Shown piece by piece: positions 48,903 to 57,985 of a stretch of DNA of 64,000 bases (position 1 is the first letter of the stretch; each line of letters opens with the position of its first letter). The translations under genes were made by a program, and so were the position numbers. A model generated the notes under the pieces. It searched no databases. It saw nothing but the letters and a program-made list of their open reading frames with translations, and was not told the origin of the DNA. Origin of the DNA: Spirochaetia bacterium (GTDB lineage: Bacteria; Spirochaetota; Spirochaetia; UBA9216); the NCBI GenBank assembly GCA_965140585.1, contig OZ223270.1, positions 64,001-128,000 on the forward strand. The letters run 5' to 3'.

Positions 48903-48966
48903 TGTCGCTCCGCGGCGGTGTTCGTTCGCTCAGCCATGCGTCAGCGAGCCGCCGTGAGGCGCTCGC
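48903..48966. repeat. GC-rich imperfect hairpin (REP/MITE-like)
   Basis: CGCGGCGG(..)TTCGCT / AGCGAGCCGCCGTG in an otherwise AT-rich context. Confidence 0.45.
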
Positions 48967-49962
48967 TCACTCCACCGTAAAAGTATGTGATACAGAGCCG
49001 GAGCAGCTTCCATCACTCGTACTGGCCACCAGATCAAGTCTGTAAGTACCCCATCTTAAATCTGAACCAAAGGTAATCAACTCACCTTCCCCCTCAAGAC
49101 TTCCGTTGACATACCATGAAAATACAATAGTATTGACGACATCATCGGTTACAGATGCTGTTACAGTCATATTTGAACCGTAAGCTATGGTTTCTTCAGC
49201 ACCAGAAATAACAGGCTCCAGAGGTTCATCCATTTCAACTATTACTGTTAACGCAATATCTCCGGTTGGGTTATTGATATCCTCAAAACTGAAATTTCCA
49301 GTTGTCATGTAATCCTGCATAATCCTTACCGCTTCAACTACACCTGAAACTACTGTTCCATTCTCTTTCATCTGGATACTTAAGGTATAATAACCTGAAT
49401 CAATCTCATCATCCCGAAAGGTCGCCGATGATGTACCGACCGAAAATGTCAAGGCCTGTTCTACACCTGCAGAATTCCTGAGAACTGCAGTAATTTCAGG
49501 GCTGCTAACATCGTCATCATCCCATAAAACAGAAAGAGCCAGAGCGCCTGTACCCTTAAAAGGCAAAACAGTCACAGAGGCATCGGACTGCTCAGAAGCC
49601 TGTACAATTACAGTTGTTTCACCGAATCCTAATTCATAGTCATCACTGCTCATAGCTGTGATGGAGACATCCCACTCGCCGACAGCAAGATCATATATAT
49701 ATATTTCAGTTCCGGTTGATGTCTGTGTGAATTCATTTTCATTGGGGCCGTTTCCGGTAATTTCATAGTAGGATATTTCAGTATCCGAGCCCGGCAGTAC
49801 GGTTCTTGAACTGTTTATTGAAATCTCAAGCCTCATCGCTCCTTCATCGTTGCTGCTTATACCAAAATATGAAAGGTTACAGCTTGTAAGAGCCAATGAT
49901 GAGAATAGTAAAACCAGAATTGATAATTTCAAACTTTTTTTATTTTTAAATAATGGTTTCAT
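48967..49962 (-). CDS. Ig-like multidomain lipoprotein (paralog B)
   Basis: Lipobox LTSC; SRTVLP; first two domains align with 45107-46081; C-terminal PKD-like FSWYVNG...GTYRL.L. Confidence 0.75.
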   Translation of the reverse strand: MKPLFKNKKSLKLSILVLLFSSLALTSCNLSYFGISSNDEGAMRLEISINSSRTVLPGSDTEISYYEITGNGPNENEFTQTSTGTEIYIYDLAVGEWDVSITAMSSDDYELGFGETTVIVQASEQSDASVTVLPFKGTGALALSVLWDDDDVSSPEITAVLRNSAGVEQALTFSVGTSSATFRDDEIDSGYYTLSIQMKENGTVVSGVVEAVRIMQDYMTTGNFSFEDINNPTGDIALTVIVEMDEPLEPVISGAEETIAYGSNMTVTASVTDDVVNTIVFSWYVNGSLEGEGELITFGSDLRWGTYRLDLVASTSDGSCSGSVSHTFTVE

Positions 49963-49994
49963 AACCTGCTCCTTAAATGGATATCATTTATATA

Positions 49995-50010
49995 AGCAGG
50001 AAGTGTGCCA
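49995..50010 (-). promoter_or_regulatory. Sigma54 (-24/-12) promoter
   Basis: Minus strand TGGCACACTTCCTGCT: GG-N10-GC, about 33 bp upstream of ATG 49962. Confidence 0.78.
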
Positions 50011-50177
50011 TTTTTAAAAACTTGTACTAATATAAGCTAACTTACTATCTTATAACAACTTAAACCGTAAAGATGAAATATTTAAATATTGCAGATATCT
50101 CTGTATTTCAATATCGTAATTCTAATTCATGATTACTAAATTGATGTTTTACTCTCTAAGTGTTATGTTTATTAACA

Positions 50178-50579
50178 ATGAAGAAAAAAGTAATTATTAT
50201 TTTTTTAATATTAACAACAACCACAGCATGTCAATTTTTTGAATACACCGATAGTGCAACAGAAATTATAATTCATTCAGAGAATTTCATATTAGCTTGG
50301 GATGGTAATGATATAACTTTAAATAGCAGCTCATCCGTGATATGCTATAAAGTTTATTTTAAAAAACATAATACACATACTTGGACTTTTTTAAAAGATA
50401 CAATAGATAGTGATATAACTGAAATTACTATTTCTGATGAAATTCTTGATTACGGTATATATGATTTAGGGGTAGCGGCTCAGGCTGATGATAATTCTAT
50501 ATCAGAAATTCATTCATCACTTGATTTAACTGCAGACCCAACAAATGGCTGGTATATAAATTGGATTGGTTCAAAATAA
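50178..50579 (+). CDS. Small lipoprotein, single FN3-like domain homologous to the C-terminal domain of 45107-46081
   Basis: Lipobox TTAC; F.LAWD...YKVY...W..L...YG.Y...V...HSSLDLTADPTNGWYINW. Confidence 0.75.
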   Translation: MKKKVIIIFLILTTTTACQFFEYTDSATEIIIHSENFILAWDGNDITLNSSSSVICYKVYFKKHNTHTWTFLKDTIDSDITEITISDEILDYGIYDLGVAAQADDNSISEIHSSLDLTADPTNGWYINWIGSK

Positions 50580-50590
50580 ATAAGGGGTTA

Positions 50591-51211
50591 ATGATGTTTA
50601 GAAAGGTTACAGTAATATCTATATTTATTTTTTTATTTTTATCGAATATCTGTTTTGCTAATGATGAAAATGCAAACAGTGCTCATGGCACATTAGGTTT
50701 TATCTTTAATGCAAAGAATTTACTTCTGGATATTGAAAGTTATCAAGGTGGGATTGGATTGAAATATCGATTTGATGATGTTTCAACCCTTCGTACATTG
50801 ATCGATTTTTATTACTCAAATAGCTATGACACCTTTTCAACTATGGGGGGAATTACATATGAAAATCATTTTCTAAATATTGACCGTTTTTCTCCATATT
50901 GGGGACTCTCTGCTAATTGTGGCTATATCAGCCAAAGCGATTTTATTGATGAAACTTATTACGAGATAATTTCAGAGGTCCCATTTGGCGCAGAGGCCTT
51001 ATTTGGAATAGAATTTTTTTTTAATTCTTTTATAACAATTTTTGCTGAATATAGCTTAAGTGCTAATTTTATTTATTCCAGAACGGAAACTGTAGCCGAT
51101 GGCTACTCAACAATTTCAGATCCGGAATATCAAACAATAATTGATACAGGAATCGGTAACAATGCCAGTATTGGAATTACTATTTATATAAATGATGTTA
51201 CTCAAAAATAG
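50591..51211 (+). CDS. Exported protein, putative 8-stranded outer-membrane beta-barrel
   Basis: Signal peptide ending CFAN; GIGLKY, YENHF, SPYWG, FGIEFF, IFAEY and IGITIY strands. Confidence 0.65.
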   Translation: MMFRKVTVISIFIFLFLSNICFANDENANSAHGTLGFIFNAKNLLLDIESYQGGIGLKYRFDDVSTLRTLIDFYYSNSYDTFSTMGGITYENHFLNIDRFSPYWGLSANCGYISQSDFIDETYYEIISEVPFGAEALFGIEFFFNSFITIFAEYSLSANFIYSRTETVADGYSTISDPEYQTIIDTGIGNNASIGITIYINDVTQK

Positions 51212-51236
51212 TAGAAATATTATCTGAACAGACTTC

Positions 51237-52142
51237 TCATTTTACAGCCTCAACATATAATGCAACGTCATTCCATAACCTATCAAAAAAAGGATTTCTT
51301 CTAATGACAGGAGAAAGGCTTTGTCTTGGATTTACAAATAAAACTTTAGAAAATCCTACCTCAAGTAGAAATCTTCTAACTTTTTCATAGGTCCACCAAT
51401 TGATATGATTTTTTCTAAACTTACGGTGCTTTTCAATAGAACACCTTGAAGTACAAATATTCATTGCATTTTCAAACTCATTTCTTGCAAATATTTCATC
51501 AAATTCTGAATCAGATATCCTATTCTCAGATCCATCTAAATGTATTATTGAAGCATTTGCAGCAAAATGAGTAAGAAATAACTGTTGCAACGATACTTCT
51601 TTTAATGAAACTGAATATCCTAAAGTATTCCGGATCCAATCTCCTTCAAAAGCTTTTTCCCACCAAAAAAAATCTCGATCATTTCTTAAATAAGCTTCAT
51701 AATCTAATTGAGAATTAGGTGCTATAATTCGGAACAGGCCGTCCTTTTTAAGAATTCTTCTAACCTCTTTAAAAAGATTTAAAGCAGCTGGGTCAGGAAT
51801 GTGCTCTATTGCAAATCTACTATGCACAATCTCTGCAGTAGCTTTTTCCAAAGGCAACTCGTTTAAATCGAGAGGATCGTATGCAATATCCTTTGACGGA
51901 TCGAAATGTGGAAATATCTCATCTCCTAAATCGACATCTATATTAGTCCAACACGGATGGAAAAAATCACCTCCGAACCCAAAATGCCCTCCTGCCGAAA
52001 TATTATAAAAAGTTCTATTTTGAACACTTTCTTTTCCATAATGTTCAATATATTTATTAGTATCTTTAACATTTCTACCGCTTTTCACGATATCAAAACC
52101 TAATTCATTAATATATTTTTTAATAATTTTTCTCATTCTCAA
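51237..52142 (-). CDS. Class I SAM-dependent methyltransferase-like protein
   Basis: W.NIDV, LPLE..TAEIVHS..AIEHI, KEVRRILK.DG.FRI..P. Confidence 0.75.
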   Translation of the reverse strand: MRMRKIIKKYINELGFDIVKSGRNVKDTNKYIEHYGKESVQNRTFYNISAGGHFGFGGDFFHPCWTNIDVDLGDEIFPHFDPSKDIAYDPLDLNELPLEKATAEIVHSRFAIEHIPDPAALNLFKEVRRILKKDGLFRIIAPNSQLDYEAYLRNDRDFFWWEKAFEGDWIRNTLGYSVSLKEVSLQQLFLTHFAANASIIHLDGSENRISDSEFDEIFARNEFENAMNICTSRCSIEKHRKFRKNHINWWTYEKVRRFLLEVGFSKVLFVNPRQSLSPVIRRNPFFDRLWNDVALYVEAVK

Positions 52143-52186
52143 CCTTTTATTAAAAAGTACACATTTATTCTATACTGCTGAAAAAA

Positions 52187-55100
52187 TTAATAATATTTTC
52201 TAATTAAATCTGAAGTAAGATCAATAACATCAGATTTCAACATATCAAGATGACCCCCTGGAGAAATTTCAGTATTTAAAAATTTAGTATCTATATAATC
52301 TCCCCAGCCATAATATTTATCAAAATAATATCCTTTTGCAGAAATTGTATCATTTGCTTTAATAAGTAAACTTTTTCTATTGTAGATATCATGTCGTGTT
52401 TTAACATACATACTCACAGCTTTTGAATATACAATTAAACGTTTATCTAAAGCTAAGTTAATATTTTCTTCACTGCTTCTATCTTTGATTCTTTTAGAAA
52501 TAATTTTAGATATCGGCGAAAAGCCATTCTTCAAAATATCTATAAAATGAAACCATGTCCACTTTAATAGTTTTCTTTTCCTTGCATTTGGTAGTAATGA
52601 ATCTAACATAACCACTAAATTTATATCTACGCCATCTTTTGATAATAGTTTTGCAACCTCATAGGCTATTACCCCCCCAAAAGACACTCCTACTATTGAA
52701 ATTTTCTTTTGCTCACAATGTGACTTTATAATTTTTTTATAATTGTTTGCTAATCTTTCAACAGTCCATTTTTCATCATCAACAACACCATCTAACAAGA
52801 GCTCTTCTTCTTGAAGATATACGCCATAACATTTACCTAAATCTGTCAAGCGCTCCGCTAAATGTTTATAAATTTGAATACCAACGACAAAATAAATATA
52901 TTCATCAGAATTCGAGTTATTTAATTGGATTATTCCATTCTCATTCTTTGCTACATTTTTATTTTGATTAATTAGATTTATTTGATTGTCGAAAACTGGA
53001 GATATTAAAATATTCTTCAACTCCAAAGTAACAGCAAATTCCTTATTGATTTTTTTTAATAAACTACTAGAAGATAATGAATCTCCTCCTAATTCATAGA
53101 AATTCGAAGTATCGTTTATATCTGTGCATCCTAAGATATCAGTCCAAATTTGCTTTAACCTTGAAGTAATATCATTTGTATTATTTAACTCCGGCTCTGA
53201 ACTTGTAAGTATTTCATTAGTGCTTATTTCTGTCTGTATTTGATCTAATTTTTTATCTGAGTATATCCATAATTCCTTTTTTAGAAATGGGTATGTAGGG
53301 AGGTTAATTCGATTTGCGCATTTAATTGAATTCACAATATTTAGATCTATCGAACAACCTGATTTCCAAATATTACCAATAGATTTTATAAAAAATAATA
53401 AATCATCGTTACCCTCCATTTGTGAAGGTAGAGTTTGAATTATGTTTTTTGTTGAATCTTTCATTATAGTTCTTACAAAACGACTCAAAACCGAACCAGG
53501 ACCAACTTCAACAAAAACCAATTCCGCCAACCCGCTAAGTGAACTAATGCCTTTTTCAAATAGAATTGTACCTCGTAAGTGCTCCACCCAATACTCCGGA
53601 GTGTAAATATAGCCAGGAGTTAATTGTTCACCAGTAAGATTTGAAATAACTGTTTTCTGCAACTTATTGTAAGTTATTTTTGATGCTACAGTTTTAAATT
53701 CATCAAGTACCGTATCCATCATCACACTGTGAAAAGCTGAAGAAGTTCCCAGCAATTTCGAAGTTATTCCACTATGGTCTAGTAATTCCTGAATTTCTTC
53801 AATTGCCTGATGTGGACCAGATAAAACGACCTGCGTTGAAGAATTAATACCCGCTACATCTACTTTGCCAATCACTAAGTCTTTTATAGACTCATAATCG
53901 CTAAAAACAGCAAGCATTAGACCTTCGCCTGCACCTGCCATTATCCGTCCTCTTTCAATTACTAATTGAAGCCCTTCTTCAAGAGAAAATGCACCTGCGA
54001 TACAAGCTGCAGAGTATTCCCCCAAGCTATGCCCAATTAAATAATCAGGTATTAGACCATAGTCTATCAGAGTTTTCCCGATAGCCCATTCAACAGAAAA
54101 CAAAAGAGGCTGAGTGTATTCAGTATGATTTATTTCCAAACGATTGTTTAATATCATGTCTAAAGAGTGCCAGCCTGTAATCTTATTGATAATATTAATG
54201 CATCTTTCTAAATAATTTTTAAATATAACATTCTTTTGGTATAGGCCAGATGCCATACCAGAATACTGAGCCCCCTGTCCGGGAAACAGCATTACAATTT
54301 TTGGACTATCAAATGCCTTTATGCTTGAATAGATTTTACAAGAAGAAAAATCATCAGAAGTCATAATATTATTCTGAGGTAGTACAAAAAAACCTCTTAA
54401 AGGATATATGGGTCTATAATTAATAAGTGTATTTGCAGCTTTAACTCTATCAAAAACGTCTAAGCCCTCTATCGTGGAATACAAAACATCTAGATATTCT
54501 TTTTGTACATCACTATTTTTTGCTGAAACAGGAAAAATCAAATGTTCAGAACCATAGGATGGTGATTCAACAGTTTCAGAGTTATATGATTCCAAAATTA
54601 GATGTGCGTTTGTACCACCAATTCCAAAAGAACTTACTCCGGCTATCATTCTACCCTCAACAGGTTCCCATTCACGAAGTTCTGAATTAACTATAAAATG
54701 ACTTTCTTCAATCTTCATAGCTGGATTTGGTCTTATAAAATTAAGAGATGGAGGAATCTTTTTATTCAAAAGAGATAAAGCTGTTTTAATCACCCCGACA
54801 ACTCCGGAGGCTGCATCCAAATGCCCAATATTTGTTTTTACCGAGCCAAGATAACATTTAGACCCACTATCCTTTAGATCTCCGTATGCTTTTTTTAAAC
54901 CAGAAATTTCAATGGGATCTCCAAGAAGAGTCCCTGTGCCATGAGCTTCTACATAACTAATCTGCTCAGGTTTTACATCTGCAAGATTTAAAGCTTCCGT
55001 TATAACTTCTGATTGACCTTTAACACTTGGTGCAGTAAAACCTATTTTATCTGCTCCATCATTGTTTATAGCAACACCTCTAATAATAGCAATAACTGGG

Positions 55101-57721
55101 TCTTTGTCACGAACAGCGTCAGTTAGTCGTTTTAAAAGCACAACACCTACCCCGGAACCAAAAACTGTACCGCTCGCATCTGCATCAAAAGCACGACATT
55201 CACCTACAGGGCTTAATATCGAACCCTCATCATAAAGATATCCTTCCCTTACTGGTACATTAAGACTAACACCACCACACAGAGCCATATCACTTTGGTA
55301 ATTAAGAAGACTTTGATATCCCATCTGGATTGCAACCAGTGAAGTTGAACATGCTGTCTGAATAGTTACAGATGGACCTTTTAGATTTAATTTATATGAA
55401 ACACGTGAAGCAAGAAAATCGTTCTCATTACCAATCATAGTTTGAAAATCTGACCAGTCATCCTTTTCATTACTGCAAAGAATATTCTTTATTAAATATT
55501 TATTCTGGCCAGCTCCCGCAAAAACAGCAATTTTATTCTGATTTTCCATAAAATTAATCCCTGCCGATTCTATAGCCTTATAGCAGTGCTGAAGAAATAA
55601 CCGATGTTGAGGATCCATAAACTTAGCTTCATTCGGAGAATAACCAAAAAAATCATTATCAAAATATTTGGTTGAAGGTAGAATTCCAGATTTGTTAATA
55701 TAATTAGGTTTATCTATTATATTTGGAGACAATCCCTCAGAGAGTAGTTCATCCCTTGAATGCTCGGATATCCCACACTGACCCTCAGCAAGAAGGTTCC
55801 AAAATTCATTAACGTTTTCAGCACCAGGAACTGCACAAGACATGCCGATAATTGCAAGTGAAAAATCATCAGAATCTGATGTTAAAGGTTCTTCTAAATC
55901 AACAATCTTTTGCTCATTTGTAATCATACTTTCATTTTTTGTTAAAAAAAAGTATAATGAGTCTACGGTTGGATGCTCAAAAAAATCCAGAGCACTAATA
56001 TCTCTCCCTGTTCTGGATTTTAATTTTTGGAGCATATCAATAACAAGCATTGAATATCCACCCACATCAAAGAAATTATTTGTATCCGTAAAATCTGAAT
56101 GACCAAGAGCTTGCATCCATAGATTTCGTATATATGAGTAAAGTTCAGTTAAATCCAGTTTATCTTCAGATAATTCGGATTCATTTATCAAAAAACTTGG
56201 AAAGGAAGATCTGTCTATCTTATTATTAAGAGTCATCGGAAATTCTTTCATTTGTTTAAAAACTGAAGGAATCATATAATCAGGAAGGATCCTAGACAGT
56301 TTGCCCCTTAAATCGATAGCGTTTAGAGCTCCTATATTATCTTTTGCCAAGATAAAAGCTGCTAAAACAGTGTTACCATGACTGTCTTCTCGGGGAAGAA
56401 CTACAGCATCTCTTATTTCTTCAAGATTGTTTAAAGCCTGTTCTATTTCACCCGCTTCAATTCTGAAACCCCTGATTTTTATCTGATTATCTTTTCTTCC
56501 TGAAAAAGAAATATTGCCATCTTCCGTCTCAAAAACCCAGTCACCTGTATTATATAAACGTAAACCTGGAAAAGCTTCACAGAATCTGAACACAGAATCT
56601 GTAAGCTCTTTTTTGTTCCAGTAACCATCAGCAAGTCCATCGCCACTTATCCAAAGCACCCCAGGATCTCCAGGTTTGACAGGTATCATATTTTCATCAA
56701 GGATATGAAATCCAGTATTTGCTATTGGTAATCCGATGTATGGAGCTTTTTCAGGCTTCTTTGTTAATTTAAATACTGAGGACCAGATAGTAGTTTCAGT
56801 TGGTCCATACATGTTCCAAACAGCACAACCAGTTTCAAATAAACGTACAGATAGATCTAAAGGAAAAATATCCCCCCCACAAAGAATTTTGAATCTAGGT
56901 TTTCCACTAAAACCATAATCGCAAAGAATTTTCCAAAGCACAGGAGTGGCTTGCATCATAGTTATATCTGCTTCTTCGATAATTTGTATTAATTTTATCG
57001 GATTAAGAACTGTATCTCTAGTAACTATATGTACAGAGCCGCCACTAATTAGAGGTAAAAACAGTTCAAGCCCAGAAATATCAAATGAAATAGTAGTAAT
57101 TGCTAATAATGTATCGGATGATTCAAACCCAGGTTCTTTCTTCATCGAAAGCAAAAAATTTAGAAATGCTTTGTGCCTGACAACAACACCCTTAGGCTTC
57201 CCTGTCGAACCTGAAGTATATAGTATATAAGCAGGCTGCTCATCTGTCTGAATACAACTATGTTCAAAACAACATAAAGGTCTTGAGTCTGATGTAGATA
57301 TTTTATGAATTTTTTTATCTACATTGATTAATAGACCATCTTCTCTAAAATCATCAGTTATTAAAACACTAGCCCCTGAATCTTCAAGCATATATAAAAG
57401 TCTATCATCTGGAAAATAAGGATCAAGAGGGAGGTACGCCTTCCCCGCTTTTGCAGTACCAATCATTGCAGCAAGCATTAAATGTGATCGTTTAGTACAT
57501 ATTCCAACAAATGGATTAGCAGCATCACTGGATGAATATATCTGCTCGGCAAACCAATTTGATAATTCATCAAGCTCTTTATATGAATAATGTTTAGTTT
57601 GGAAAATTACAGCTGTTTTTTCGGGCTCAGATTTAAGATTTTTATAAAAAAGTTCAAGCCAACTAAAAGCCTGAGTTTCAAAATGTTCTTTATTTATCCA
57701 AGAAGATGATAATTTGCTCAT
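52187..57721 (-). CDS. Hybrid NRPS-PKS: A(Gly-type)-T-KS-AT-ACP-TE
   Basis: YTSGSTGKPKG, FDISGLE/MQAT/YGPTETTIWS, GGYS; KS TACSTS/HGTGT/NIGH; AT GHSLG/AFHS; ACP GGDS; TE GVSFGG...GGH. Confidence 0.93.
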   Translation of the reverse strand: MSKLSSSWINKEHFETQAFSWLELFYKNLKSEPEKTAVIFQTKHYSYKELDELSNWFAEQIYSSSDAANPFVGICTKRSHLMLAAMIGTAKAGKAYLPLDPYFPDDRLLYMLEDSGASVLITDDFREDGLLINVDKKIHKISTSDSRPLCCFEHSCIQTDEQPAYILYTSGSTGKPKGVVVRHKAFLNFLLSMKKEPGFESSDTLLAITTISFDISGLELFLPLISGGSVHIVTRDTVLNPIKLIQIIEEADITMMQATPVLWKILCDYGFSGKPRFKILCGGDIFPLDLSVRLFETGCAVWNMYGPTETTIWSSVFKLTKKPEKAPYIGLPIANTGFHILDENMIPVKPGDPGVLWISGDGLADGYWNKKELTDSVFRFCEAFPGLRLYNTGDWVFETEDGNISFSGRKDNQIKIRGFRIEAGEIEQALNNLEEIRDAVVLPREDSHGNTVLAAFILAKDNIGALNAIDLRGKLSRILPDYMIPSVFKQMKEFPMTLNNKIDRSSFPSFLINESELSEDKLDLTELYSYIRNLWMQALGHSDFTDTNNFFDVGGYSMLVIDMLQKLKSRTGRDISALDFFEHPTVDSLYFFLTKNESMITNEQKIVDLEEPLTSDSDDFSLAIIGMSCAVPGAENVNEFWNLLAEGQCGISEHSRDELLSEGLSPNIIDKPNYINKSGILPSTKYFDNDFFGYSPNEAKFMDPQHRLFLQHCYKAIESAGINFMENQNKIAVFAGAGQNKYLIKNILCSNEKDDWSDFQTMIGNENDFLASRVSYKLNLKGPSVTIQTACSTSLVAIQMGYQSLLNYQSDMALCGGVSLNVPVREGYLYDEGSILSPVGECRAFDADASGTVFGSGVGVVLLKRLTDAVRDKDPVIAIIRGVAINNDGADKIGFTAPSVKGQSEVITEALNLADVKPEQISYVEAHGTGTLLGDPIEISGLKKAYGDLKDSGSKCYLGSVKTNIGHLDAASGVVGVIKTALSLLNKKIPPSLNFIRPNPAMKIEESHFIVNSELREWEPVEGRMIAGVSSFGIGGTNAHLILESYNSETVESPSYGSEHLIFPVSAKNSDVQKEYLDVLYSTIEGLDVFDRVKAANTLINYRPIYPLRGFFVLPQNNIMTSDDFSSCKIYSSIKAFDSPKIVMLFPGQGAQYSGMASGLYQKNVIFKNYLERCINIINKITGWHSLDMILNNRLEINHTEYTQPLLFSVEWAIGKTLIDYGLIPDYLIGHSLGEYSAACIAGAFSLEEGLQLVIERGRIMAGAGEGLMLAVFSDYESIKDLVIGKVDVAGINSSTQVVLSGPHQAIEEIQELLDHSGITSKLLGTSSAFHSVMMDTVLDEFKTVASKITYNKLQKTVISNLTGEQLTPGYIYTPEYWVEHLRGTILFEKGISSLSGLAELVFVEVGPGSVLSRFVRTIMKDSTKNIIQTLPSQMEGNDDLLFFIKSIGNIWKSGCSIDLNIVNSIKCANRINLPTYPFLKKELWIYSDKKLDQIQTEISTNEILTSSEPELNNTNDITSRLKQIWTDILGCTDINDTSNFYELGGDSLSSSSLLKKINKEFAVTLELKNILISPVFDNQINLINQNKNVAKNENGIIQLNNSNSDEYIYFVVGIQIYKHLAERLTDLGKCYGVYLQEEELLLDGVVDDEKWTVERLANNYKKIIKSHCEQKKISIVGVSFGGVIAYEVAKLLSKDGVDINLVVMLDSLLPNARKRKLLKWTWFHFIDILKNGFSPISKIISKRIKDRSSEENINLALDKRLIVYSKAVSMYVKTRHDIYNRKSLLIKANDTISAKGYYFDKYYGWGDYIDTKFLNTEISPGGHLDMLKSDVIDLTSDLIRKYY

Positions 57722-57745
57722 TTGATTCTATAAATATTATCCTTT

Positions 57746-57985
57746 TTACATTTGTTTTGAATTTACGTAGATCACAATTTTCTCTACAGATCCAAAGTTA
57801 TTTCTATTCATATCAGCCGGCTCTGTCTCTATACCGAATTTCCTCTTTAAAAAACCAGAGATCTCTACAAGACCGAATGAATCAATTATCCCCTGATCAA
57901 CAAGAGACTCGTTCATATCTATTTCATGTTCTTCAACCATAAAATTCTGACATATAAATTCAATCAAACTTTGTTTTATAGACAT
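57746..57985 (-). CDS. Stand-alone acyl/peptidyl carrier protein
   Basis: About 79 aa acidic protein with GIIDSFGLVEI; start overlaps the asnB stop. Confidence 0.9.
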   Translation of the reverse strand: MSIKQSLIEFICQNFMVEEHEIDMNESLVDQGIIDSFGLVEISGFLKRKFGIETEPADMNRNNFGSVEKIVIYVNSKQM

